From the NCBI GenBank assembly GCA_902510815.1, contig CABXDI010000002.1, positions 37,344 to 101,343 on the forward strand: 64,000 bases of DNA. Direction: 5' to 3'. The number at the start of each line of letters is the position of its first letter. Position 1 is the first letter of the stretch. The position numbers and the translations under genes are program-made. The stretch comes from an uncultured Verrucomicrobiota bacterium (GTDB lineage Bacteria > Verrucomicrobiota > Verrucomicrobiia > Verrucomicrobiales > DEV007). The notes beneath the pieces are model-generated. The model had not been told where the DNA came from. It saw only the letters and a program-made list of their open reading frames with translations, and did not search any database. This document shows, piece by piece, positions 10,486-19,204 of this stretch.

Positions 10486-10519
10486 GCGTTGTACTCGATC
10501 ATGAAGCTATCCAACTCTT

Positions 10520-11617
10520 CTAGGCTAAGGAAGCTTCGCGCTCGCCTCTAATAGCTTTAAATTGCTTCCAAGTAATGAGTTCCTTTTGGGATTCATCCCA
10601 CAAACGAAAGTGCATGCATTTAAAACTACTAAGTAAGGTTAATTTAGTCACGTTTGAAAAAGCTGGATGAGAATTGTGACAAGCCTCTAAATGATAGTTA
10701 GGAATCTTTGTGCTGAGGTGGTGAAGGTGATGAAATCCAATATTTCCCGTAAACCATTGAAGAACTTTGGGTAGTTTATAAAATGAACTCCCATCTAGGG
10801 CAGCAGATGTATACTCCCAATGCTCGTGCCTTTCCCAGTAAACTCCCTCGAATTGATGTTGAACATAAAAAAGCCAGACACCTGCAGTAGCAGCAATTGA
10901 GATAATAAACAATTGAAACAGTAAAAACATCATTGATCCAAAAATTAGGCATCCAGAGACCATTAACATCAAAAGAGCAATGTTAGTACAAAAGACTGCT
11001 TTTCGGTTAGCTGGGCTTGCGGTAGGCGCCGGAAACCTTTCTCTGACTAAAAATATGTATGTAGGAGCAAATCCAAATAAAAATAAGGGGTGTCTCCAAA
11101 TTCTGTAACCAATTCGTTGTAACTTTGAAAGTGCCAGGTACTCATCAACCATAAGCGTCCACACATCACCCATACCTCTTCTATCAATGTCTCCAACTGT
11201 TGCGTGATGAACATTGTGCTCCCATGTCCAATGCTTGAAGGTAGTGAAAGCCAATGTTCCGGTTATAAATCCAAAAATTTGGTTAAAGATTTTTTTCTTA
11301 AAAAAAGATTGATGTCCACAGTCGTGAAATATGATGAATATCCTAACTGTTAAACCTGCGCCAAGAATTAAAAGAGGAATATAATAATACCAAGGACCCT
11401 GATTCTTATAATTAAAGAATATCAAAGACCATACTAGAAAATATAAACCTAATGTTGTTACAAGTTGCCATGAAGATTTCCAGATAGATGGTTTCTCGAA
11501 CTCACGAACTATTTTCTTCCATTTCGAAACTTCCAATACAGAGGGCTTATCTGGTTCAGGGCTAGGAGCCTCTGAAGCCTTGCCAGAGTTTTGAGATTGT
11601 AAATTTGTGTTGGGCAA
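10520..11617 (-). CDS. Membrane fatty-acid desaturase
   Basis: Three histidine boxes (HDCGH, HNVHH, HHLHH) and several TM segments. Confidence 0.9.
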   Translation of the reverse strand: MPNTNLQSQNSGKASEAPSPEPDKPSVLEVSKWKKIVREFEKPSIWKSSWQLVTTLGLYFLVWSLIFFNYKNQGPWYYYIPLLILGAGLTVRIFIIFHDCGHQSFFKKKIFNQIFGFITGTLAFTTFKHWTWEHNVHHATVGDIDRRGMGDVWTLMVDEYLALSKLQRIGYRIWRHPLFLFGFAPTYIFLVRERFPAPTASPANRKAVFCTNIALLMLMVSGCLIFGSMMFLLFQLFIISIAATAGVWLFYVQHQFEGVYWERHEHWEYTSAALDGSSFYKLPKVLQWFTGNIGFHHLHHLSTKIPNYHLEACHNSHPAFSNVTKLTLLSSFKCMHFRLWDESQKELITWKQFKAIRGEREASLA

Positions 11618-11738
11618 GATGACTATTAAGAACGTAAACGAACAAATATCAATTTTTAGTTCTAAAAATTCTTTTTTTTAGAGCCTTATAATACTTTAAG
11701 TTTTTCACTATTAAGTACTTAAAGATAATTCACTGCTG

Positions 11739-11758
11739 ATGTAATTTATAAATTACAT
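11739..11758. repeat. Perfect 20-bp palindrome ATGTAATTTATAAATTACAT (candidate operator upstream of the desaturase)
   Basis: Read directly; both arms fully complementary. Lies about 120 nt upstream of the desaturase start and 43 nt past the cNMP-binding gene stop. Confidence 0.6.
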
Positions 11759-11800
11759 TAGAACAAATTTCAAATTTAGAACCCTAATAAACCAATATTT

Positions 11801-12304
11801 TTAACAATATGAACAGTCTTGCTCTAAATAAAGAGATTTAACATCATATATATGACGTAACATTTGCTCATTATATATTCTAATTCTCTTGCAGAGAATT
11901 CTTGCTAATTCTTTCATTATTTTAAAACCGGCATGCTGATCAGATAACAAAAATTCAGTGAACTCATCAGCTGATATTTGCCATAGTTGAGCATTATTTG
12001 AAACAACCCTAGCAGTGGCACTAGCCTTTTTGGGATCAATAATACTCATTTCTCCAACAACATCACTAGGCCCTAGGTTCATTACGGTTAAACTTTCACC
12101 ATTTGCTCTAATCTTAACACTAACTTGACCAGAAATTATTAAAGACATTTTACTATGAGGATGACCCTGAACAGACAAGTAATCGCCACGTTCTTTAGAC
12201 TCAAAATTTCCAATATTAACCAATCTTTCACGTACTGCACTTTCAAGGTTAGCAAGAAATCCTACCTCTTTTGATAAGGAATTAAAATCATCAATCAAAA
12301 TCAT
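11801..12304 (-). CDS. Stand-alone cyclic-nucleotide-binding domain protein
   Basis: 167 aa with a cNMP-binding beta-roll signature (..GEMSIID..). No HTH or other output domain. Confidence 0.7.
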   Translation of the reverse strand: MILIDDFNSLSKEVGFLANLESAVRERLVNIGNFESKERGDYLSVQGHPHSKMSLIISGQVSVKIRANGESLTVMNLGPSDVVGEMSIIDPKKASATARVVSNNAQLWQISADEFTEFLLSDQHAGFKIMKELARILCKRIRIYNEQMLRHIYDVKSLYLEQDCSYC

Positions 12305-12389
12305 ACATTAATAACGACTATAAGGACGCTAACATCACTTGAAAATGGGTGACGTAAATGTAACTTTTGTATTAAACAAAATTAATGCC

Positions 12390-13748
12390 ATGACCTTATT
12401 TAATTACTTTTATCAAATAATTCTAAATCTGGTTTTTGGATTCCTCCTTTGTTTAATATTATCAACTAATGGTAGTGGCACTAACATTATACATATAATG
12501 GTTGATGACCTTGGATATGGAGACCTTGGATGTTATGGACAAAAGACGATAAAAACCCCCAACTTGGATAAAATGGCCGAAGGGGGAATGCAATTCACAG
12601 ACTACTACTCTGGAAACACAGTCTGTAGACCATCTCGTCTTTCTCTTTGGACAGGAAAGCACATGGGGCACACACCAATTTCTTCAAACGCCAACTACAT
12701 TTTCAAACCAGAGGATATAACAGTAGCGGAACTTTTAAAAGCAAACGGCTACATTACTGGTGGAGTCGGCAAATGGGCTATGGGCGGGGTCGGGACAAAA
12801 GGTCACCCTAACAATAATGGTTTTGAACATTGGTTTGGATATCTTGATCAAGGCCTAGCACATAACTATTACCCCCCCTTCTTGTGGAGAAATAAGGAAA
12901 AAGTACAACTGAGTGGCAACGTTCTTACAAGTTCTTTGGCAGACAGAAAAAGAGTGTCCAAAACAAGAACAACTTACTCTCATGATTTAATGACGACAGA
13001 AGCTTTAAATTTCATAAAAAAAAATAAAGGAAAACCTTTTCTTCTTCATGTGCACTGGACTATTCCTCATGCCAACAATGAGGGAGGTAGGGCAACAGGT
13101 GATGGCATGGAAGTACCTAATTATGGCATATACAATAGTAAGGAATGGCCATCTGTTAAGAAAGGCGCGGCTGCAATGATCACGAGAATGGATAAAGATG
13201 TTGGTAAAATAATAAATCTTTTAGAGGAACTCAAAATTGAAGAAAAAACTTTGGTCTTTTTCACTTCTGATAATGGACCTCACTCAGAGGGAGGACATAA
13301 GCATGAAACTTTTAATTCTAATGGTCCCCTTAGAGGCTTTAAACGTGATCTATATGAAGGTGGAATAAGAGTGCCTGCAATAGCTTACTGGCCGAAAACT
13401 ATTAAGAAAGGAACAACACTAAGTAAGCCTTTGGCTTTCTGGGATTGGTTACCAACAGCTTGTGATATAGCTAACATAAAGCCTCCTAAAGACATAGATG
13501 GATTATCTTTTCTTCCATCATTACAGGGCAACCACGAAAAGCAAAAGAATCATAAATATCTTTTTTGGATGTTTTCTAATAAAAAAGCCATCAGAAAAGA
13601 AAATTGGAAAGGTGTCATCACAGGGCCAAAAAACGATATGGAGCTTTATAATCTAGAATCAGATATTGGGGAGACAAAAAATGTGGCGATGAAGTATCCA
13701 AAAAAAGTTCGTGAATTAAATCAGATAATCAAACAATACACTAAATAG
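12390..13748 (+). CDS. Secreted arylsulfatase-family sulfatase (ORF opens at TTG 12339; ATG 12390 precedes the signal peptide)
   Basis: DDLGYGDLGCYG, CRPSRLSLWTGK (C-x-P-x-R formylglycine motif), TSDNGP. Confidence 0.9.
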   Translation: MTLFNYFYQIILNLVFGFLLCLILSTNGSGTNIIHIMVDDLGYGDLGCYGQKTIKTPNLDKMAEGGMQFTDYYSGNTVCRPSRLSLWTGKHMGHTPISSNANYIFKPEDITVAELLKANGYITGGVGKWAMGGVGTKGHPNNNGFEHWFGYLDQGLAHNYYPPFLWRNKEKVQLSGNVLTSSLADRKRVSKTRTTYSHDLMTTEALNFIKKNKGKPFLLHVHWTIPHANNEGGRATGDGMEVPNYGIYNSKEWPSVKKGAAAMITRMDKDVGKIINLLEELKIEEKTLVFFTSDNGPHSEGGHKHETFNSNGPLRGFKRDLYEGGIRVPAIAYWPKTIKKGTTLSKPLAFWDWLPTACDIANIKPPKDIDGLSFLPSLQGNHEKQKNHKYLFWMFSNKKAIRKENWKGVITGPKNDMELYNLESDIGETKNVAMKYPKKVRELNQIIKQYTK

Positions 13749-13764
13749 TCATTACTTGTAATCT

Positions 13765-14220
13765 ATGTTTATAAAGCTTCTAGCACTATTTCTTTTAGTT
13801 CCAATCATTGAACTATATGTGATGGTTCAAATCGGAAAAGTCATAGGCTTAGGGATAACCATTCTAATTATTTTCATAACCGCTTTTATTGGAGCCAAAC
13901 TAACCAAAGCTCAGGGAATTCAGGCTATAAAAAATGGCCGCTCAGCATTAATGAGCGGTAAACTACCACACAAAGAAGTCATAGACGGCGTCCTTATTAT
14001 CATTGCAGGAGCCGTTCTCTTAACGCCTGGATTTTTGACTGATCTACTGGGATTTTCTTTACTAATTCCAAATCTAAGATCCTCGTACAGAGAACTACTC
14101 ATCAACTACTTCAAAACTCGAATTGTCATCCACCGTAGCAGCAAGAATAATAATAAGAAATCGAAGCCTGATGAAACAGATGCTCAAGCTATTTTAGAAG
14201 CTGAAATCATTGATGATTAA
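13765..14220 (+). CDS. fxsA: FxsA-family cytoplasmic membrane protein
   Basis: LLVPIIELYVMVQIG..., LLTPGFLTDLLGFSLLIP motifs. Confidence 0.85.
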   Translation: MFIKLLALFLLVPIIELYVMVQIGKVIGLGITILIIFITAFIGAKLTKAQGIQAIKNGRSALMSGKLPHKEVIDGVLIIIAGAVLLTPGFLTDLLGFSLLIPNLRSSYRELLINYFKTRIVIHRSSKNNNKKSKPDETDAQAILEAEIIDD

Positions 14221-14227
14221 ATTTTTA

Positions 14228-14938
14228 TTAGGCTATGTTCGTAAATACCGCCTGAACATCATCGTCGTCTTCAATCTTATCAATTAGTAGCTCTATTTCT
14301 TCGATCTGTTGATCTTGTAATTCTATTGGAGATGTAGGTTTCCTTTGAAGGTTTGCTTTGACGTTCTGAATGTCTAGTTTATCAACAGCCGTTGTTAGAT
14401 TTCCAAAAGCAGTAAACTCACCCTCCAAATATGCTATTTCATCATTAACTGCTAATTCCTCTAATCCATAATCAATGAGTTCGAGTTCAATTTCATCCAT
14501 ATTCATACCCTCAATGACTGGAAATTGAATGACTGCTTTTCTTGAAAACATAAACTCTAATGATCCAGTTTGAACCATTTCACCTCCATTTTTATTGAGA
14601 ATCATTTTTAAGTTAGCCACTGTACGGTTAGTATTGTCTGTGGCAGTTTCAATAAAAAACAAAGATCCATGAGGGCCTTTAGCCTCATAATTAATTTCAT
14701 TGTAATTAGCATCATCACCACCAGAAGCCCGCTTAATTGCCTTGTCGATATTATCTTTTGGCATATTCTCTGCTTTAGCATTGCTAATCGCAGTCCTAAG
14801 AGCGCTGTTAGATTCGGGATCAGTCCCGCCAGCCTTGGCAGCAATAGTAATAGATCTTGCAAGCTTAGGAAAAACCTTGGACATTTTATCCCAACGTTTC
14901 TCTTTTGATGCCCGACGATATTCAAATGCTCTTCCCAT
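14228..14938 (-). CDS. yebC: YebC/PmpR-family transcriptional regulator
   Basis: MGRAFEYRRASKEKRWDKMSKVF...NMPKDNIDKAIKRA, full-length family match by eye. Confidence 0.92.
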   Translation of the reverse strand: MGRAFEYRRASKEKRWDKMSKVFPKLARSITIAAKAGGTDPESNSALRTAISNAKAENMPKDNIDKAIKRASGGDDANYNEINYEAKGPHGSLFFIETATDNTNRTVANLKMILNKNGGEMVQTGSLEFMFSRKAVIQFPVIEGMNMDEIELELIDYGLEELAVNDEIAYLEGEFTAFGNLTTAVDKLDIQNVKANLQRKPTSPIELQDQQIEEIELLIDKIEDDDDVQAVFTNIA

Positions 14939-15024
14939 AACTAATAAAAAATGCTCATAATTTGCGTTTAAGCAAGTTACCTAATCAAAAGAAGGACAAT
15001 TTTTATAATAAATAGCTCAAAACA

Positions 15025-15654
15025 ATGAATAAAAAAATCAATCTAAGCATAATTAGTATTATGTTGGCAGGATCCGCTCTAGGATTTGCAGGGATCAAGT
15101 TAACTAGAGGAGGTTATGAATCTCCAGAATACACTTCTAAGAAACATGCTAACGGCTTTGAGATTCGTTCATACTCTAGCATGACCATTGTAAGCACCAT
15201 AAAAAAGGTATCCTCAAAAAAAGATGAGCGAGACTCTAGATTTATGAGGCTTTTTAGATATATCGATAAATCTAACGACAAAAGTCAAAAAATTGATATG
15301 ACCACACCCGTGTTTATGGGAATGGAGGGTAAAGAAGGAGAAATGAGTTTTGTTATTCCCAAAAAAGTTGCTGATGAAGGGGCCCCTGCTCCAGTTTCCA
15401 ATTCACTTCAAGTAAAAGAAACAAAGCCAATCACTTTTGCAGCAATGCGTTTCAGAGGAAAATCTTCAAAGGAGAGTTCTGCCGCTAAAGAATTAGTCAA
15501 AAAGATTAATAGTGCTGGACTAGAAATTGAAAAGAATACAAAACCGATATTTGCATACTATGATCCACCTTGGATACCTGTTTTCTTAAGAAAAAATGAA
15601 GTTCTAATAAAGATCGTTGAACCAAAAAAAAAGAATAAGACCAACAAGAAATAA
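15025..15654 (+). CDS. SOUL haem-binding family protein (secreted/anchored)
   Basis: YESPEYTS..NGFEIRSY..., TTPVFM blocks typical of the SOUL/HBP family. N-terminal hydrophobic segment. Confidence 0.75.
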   Translation: MNKKINLSIISIMLAGSALGFAGIKLTRGGYESPEYTSKKHANGFEIRSYSSMTIVSTIKKVSSKKDERDSRFMRLFRYIDKSNDKSQKIDMTTPVFMGMEGKEGEMSFVIPKKVADEGAPAPVSNSLQVKETKPITFAAMRFRGKSSKESSAAKELVKKINSAGLEIEKNTKPIFAYYDPPWIPVFLRKNEVLIKIVEPKKKNKTNKK

Positions 15655-16463
15655 TGCCTGAGGCTCCTGACAAATCAATAGAACCCATTGAACGTCTTAG
15701 ATCGATAGTACGTATTTTAAGAGGACCAGATGGTTGCCCTTGGGATATAGAGCAAACCCAGAAGAGTTTGATACCTAATATTCTAGAAGAAGCCTATGAA
15801 GCGGCTGATGCGATTAGAACAGAAAATCGAGAACACATAATTGAAGAGCTTGGCGACCTACTCCTACAAGTTGTCATGCAATGTGAAATTGCATCCGAAT
15901 CAAACGATTTCATTTTAGAAGATGCAGCAAATGAAATATCCGAAAAATTAATTCGCAGACACCCTCACGTTTTTGGTGATGAAGAAATTAACGATTCCGA
16001 ATCAGTACTCAATAAATGGGAGGAAATTAAAAGAGAGGAAAAAGGTTCAAAAAAACAGAATATATTACAAAGCGTCACTAACGGATTACCCTCTCTAATT
16101 AAGGCTCACGAAATTCAAAAGAAGGTTGAAAAGGTTGGATTCGACTGGCCAGAAGCAAAAAGCGTTATAGCTAAAATTAGAGAAGAAATTGATGAGGTCG
16201 AATCTGCTATTAATGAAGGCGGAGCAATACAAAGCAATGAGCACTTGGCTGAAGAAATTGGTGATCTGTTATTTGCTGTAACTAACCTTACAAGAAAAGT
16301 AGGTATGGATTCAGAATCTTTATTGGCAGCTGCTAATGAAAAATTCACTAGAAGATTTAATGAACTTGAGAAAATTCTCGAGGAAAATGGCTCTAATGTT
16401 GTGGATTCAAACCTTGAGAGCATGGAAAAGGCTTGGGCCAAAGTAAAAAATAAAGAGACTTGA
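15654..16463 (+). CDS. mazG: MazG nucleoside triphosphate pyrophosphohydrolase
   Basis: Tandem MazG domains (GCPWD, EEAYE, EELGDLL; second EEIGDLLF). The start overlaps the SOUL stop (TAATG). Confidence 0.9.
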   Translation: MPEAPDKSIEPIERLRSIVRILRGPDGCPWDIEQTQKSLIPNILEEAYEAADAIRTENREHIIEELGDLLLQVVMQCEIASESNDFILEDAANEISEKLIRRHPHVFGDEEINDSESVLNKWEEIKREEKGSKKQNILQSVTNGLPSLIKAHEIQKKVEKVGFDWPEAKSVIAKIREEIDEVESAINEGGAIQSNEHLAEEIGDLLFAVTNLTRKVGMDSESLLAAANEKFTRRFNELEKILEENGSNVVDSNLESMEKAWAKVKNKET

Positions 16464-16501
16464 AATTGATGGCATTTACCTAAATTATTTATCCATAAAA
16501 A

Positions 16502-17317
16502 ATGGTAATAATTGAGCAACTATTTACTCTATTGATGCTACTACTGCTGCAAGCAGTACTTGGTTTTGATAATCTTTTATATATTTCTATCGAATCAAAA
16601 CGTGCTCCTAAAGACAAACAGGCTTATGTAAGAAAACTTGGTATTGGAATTGCAGTAGCCGCAAGAATCATCTTACTCTTTCTTTTGACGAGCGTGATAT
16701 CGGCATTCAAAAATCCATTCTTGAATCTTGATTTTTGGGGATTCATTGAAGGAAGCCTAAACCTTGAGAGTGTTATTGTCCTCTTTGGAGGAATCTTCAT
16801 TTTATATACAGCAGTAAAAGAAATATTTCACCTTATAGGAACTGATGACCTTCATGGAGAGTCTGATGATAAAAATTCTAAGTCTGCTGCCATGGTCATC
16901 ACTACGATTGTTTTAATGAATCTAGTTTTCTCCTTTGACTCAATTTTAAGCGCTATGGCACTAGCACAAGAACCTGTTTTAAATGAATTTGGTGAAGCTA
17001 CAGGTGAAACTCAATATATCATGTGGGTAATGGCAACTGCAATTATAGTGAGCGGTCTTCTAATGATTGTTCTTGCAGATAAAGTTTCTGATTTTCTTCA
17101 AAAAAATAGGCTCTATGAAATTCTTGGATTATTCATTCTATTCATCGTCGGTGTAATGTTAATTACTGAAGGAGCTCATAAAGCCCACCTTAAGTTATTT
17201 GGAAGCGAAGTCATGCCTATGACAAAAACAACTTTCTACTTTGTCATAGCCATCTTGGTACTAATTGACATCGTACAAGGAAGGTACCAAAAAAAGCTTA
17301 TGACTAAAAAACAATAA
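16502..17317 (+). CDS. TerC-family integral membrane protein
   Basis: Multi-TM protein with the LQAVLGFDNLLYISIE N-terminal motif typical of TerC-like proteins. Confidence 0.65.
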   Translation: MVIIEQLFTLLMLLLLQAVLGFDNLLYISIESKRAPKDKQAYVRKLGIGIAVAARIILLFLLTSVISAFKNPFLNLDFWGFIEGSLNLESVIVLFGGIFILYTAVKEIFHLIGTDDLHGESDDKNSKSAAMVITTIVLMNLVFSFDSILSAMALAQEPVLNEFGEATGETQYIMWVMATAIIVSGLLMIVLADKVSDFLQKNRLYEILGLFILFIVGVMLITEGAHKAHLKLFGSEVMPMTKTTFYFVIAILVLIDIVQGRYQKKLMTKKQ

Positions 17318-17324
17318 ATTTAGG

Positions 17325-18275
17325 CTAATTAGCTGAATAATCTAAAGCCTGAGCAGCACTTCCTATGATACCTGACTCATTACCAAAAAATGCAGGTAAT
17401 ATCTTCAAATCCTTAGCTATCACATCAGATACCTGATTTTTAATTTTTTCTGTAAGTGGATCAAATAAGAATCGACCCGCTTTAGCAACGCCTCCACCAA
17501 TAACAAAAGCGTCTGGATTCAATAACCATGCGGTGCTCGCTAGCGCCGATGCGAGCCACTCTGCAACCTGATCCCAAATCTCAATAGCAATTTGATTCCC
17601 TCCTTTTGCCAAATTAGTAACCTCTTCAGGAGTCCAACCACCTTCTGGTAAATCCTGACCTTGAAAGCGATTTTCAGCCAATTCACAAATTTGTTTGTTA
17701 CCCATGTAGCATTCTAATGCTCCTTTTAGACCATATGCATTTGAAGGGCCACGATAGTCAATAGAGTAATTTCCAAGCTCTCCTGCGGCAAAATTACTAC
17801 CTCTGTAAAGTTTACCATTAATGATCAATCCTCCGCCAATACCCGTTCCTAGAGTTAATGCTACAACGTTAGAACATCCTTGAGCAGCTCCAAAACGATA
17901 CTCGGCATATGCCATGCAATTAGCATCATTATCTACGTGAACAGGAAGATTCAATTCTTTCTCCATAATGTCTTTTAAAGCAATATCATTCCAACCAGGA
18001 ACATTTGTGAGCATATGTATGTGACCAGTATCAAAATCAACTAGACCTGGAACACCGCATCCAACAGTAACTATTTCCTCATTTTTTCTATATTCATTAA
18101 CCACCTGTAACATGGCAGAAATGAGAGAATCGACTGTTCCGAAATGAGATGTTTTAAGAGACTTTACATTATTACTATTATTTGACAGCAATTGAGATAA
18201 AGATCCAATCTTCACTGATGTGCCACCAAAATCAATACCGATCGCTGAGCCTTTAGTTGAATTATCAGTTGTCAT
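17325..18275 (-). CDS. ROK-family sugar kinase (glucokinase-like)
   Basis: IGIDFGGTSVK, DNDANCMAYAE, LTLGTGIGGGLI motifs. Overlaps the coaX stop by 11 nt. Confidence 0.85.
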   Translation of the reverse strand: MTTDNSTKGSAIGIDFGGTSVKIGSLSQLLSNNSNNVKSLKTSHFGTVDSLISAMLQVVNEYRKNEEIVTVGCGVPGLVDFDTGHIHMLTNVPGWNDIALKDIMEKELNLPVHVDNDANCMAYAEYRFGAAQGCSNVVALTLGTGIGGGLIINGKLYRGSNFAAGELGNYSIDYRGPSNAYGLKGALECYMGNKQICELAENRFQGQDLPEGGWTPEEVTNLAKGGNQIAIEIWDQVAEWLASALASTAWLLNPDAFVIGGGVAKAGRFLFDPLTEKIKNQVSDVIAKDLKILPAFFGNESGIIGSAAQALDYSAN

Positions 18276-19029
18276 CTTGAGTGTTTAGCGCGGCAATTAT
18301 ACGAAGACCTTCTAAGGTAAGCTTTTCGTTCACTTCGACAATCTCCTCAATATTAGAAGAAATCAATTTAGAATAACCTCCAGTCGCAATTACTGGAATA
18401 TTTGCTTCACCTAATTCATCAAAAATTGATAAAAGGATACCCTTTACTAAACCCCGATAACCAATAACGGCCCCTGAGAGCATGGCCTCTTTAGTAGATT
18501 TACCGATTACTGATAAAGGTTCATTTAAATCAATTTTTGGTAGCAGCGCTGTACGATCGGCCATGTAATCAGTCATAGCAGATAAGCCCGGAGAAATCAC
18601 CCCCCCTATATATTTATTTTCTTTAGTTATTACATCAAATGTAACAGCAGTGCCAAAATCAACAACAACGACTGGTGCTTCTGTCAGGTGGATAGCTGCA
18701 ACCACGTTAGCTATTCGATCCGCTCCTATGCTCTCAGGCTGAGGGTATTCAATATTAAAACCGAGATTAAGATTAGTTGAAACTCTAAGAACTCTGTGAA
18801 TTCCAAAATAATCCTCGATGAATTTATTTTTTTCGGGAACCACTGAAGAAAATACAATTCTCGTTTCCTCTTTTTGAATATCCAATGGCACCAGATTGAG
18901 CGTTTTCAAATCAAGATCATTAGTAGGCAAAGAAAATACTTCACCACAAAGGGATGAGTAAGAAGATTTAATCATCTTTGTGTGAGAATTACTAATATCA
19001 ACCAGTAACAGATCTTGTTTCTCCAACAT
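18265..19029 (-). CDS. coaX: Type III pantothenate kinase
   Basis: LLVDISNSHTK, GADRIANVVAA, VVVDFGTAVTFD motifs. Confidence 0.9.
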   Translation of the reverse strand: MLEKQDLLLVDISNSHTKMIKSSYSSLCGEVFSLPTNDLDLKTLNLVPLDIQKEETRIVFSSVVPEKNKFIEDYFGIHRVLRVSTNLNLGFNIEYPQPESIGADRIANVVAAIHLTEAPVVVVDFGTAVTFDVITKENKYIGGVISPGLSAMTDYMADRTALLPKIDLNEPLSVIGKSTKEAMLSGAVIGYRGLVKGILLSIFDELGEANIPVIATGGYSKLISSNIEEIVEVNEKLTLEGLRIIAALNTQDDN

Positions 19030-19088
19030 ATTTTTTATATGCTTACCCGAAGGAGAGAATTCTAAAAGAAGAAATATTCCTTAATCTT

Positions 19089-19130
19089 AAAAACAGGAAC
19101 GGTGAGGTACCTAAGCACCTCACCGCCCTG
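19089..19130 (-). terminator. Intrinsic terminator of amt
   Basis: Minus-sense CAGGGC-GGTGAGGTGC-ttag-GTACCTCACC-GTTCCTG followed by TTTTT. Confidence 0.7.
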
Positions 19131-19204
19131 TCTCTGTTGAACCCCCTACTAACGGGTTCTGGCGAAACCAGAATCCAAGGGAGAATTTTTAATTTAGTTA
19201 AATT

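Noticed and set aside
13014-13024. A9 homopolymer inside the sulfatase gene (and one near 15625 in the SOUL gene) as a slippage or phase-variation site
   Set aside because: Lys-rich AT-rich coding sequence produces such runs by chance, and the frame is intact here. There is no supporting evidence.
16464-16501. Expected yybP-ykoY (Mn2+) riboswitch upstream of the TerC-family gene
   Set aside because: Only 38 nt separate mazG from the TerC-family start, which is too short, and no conserved riboswitch helices are visible.
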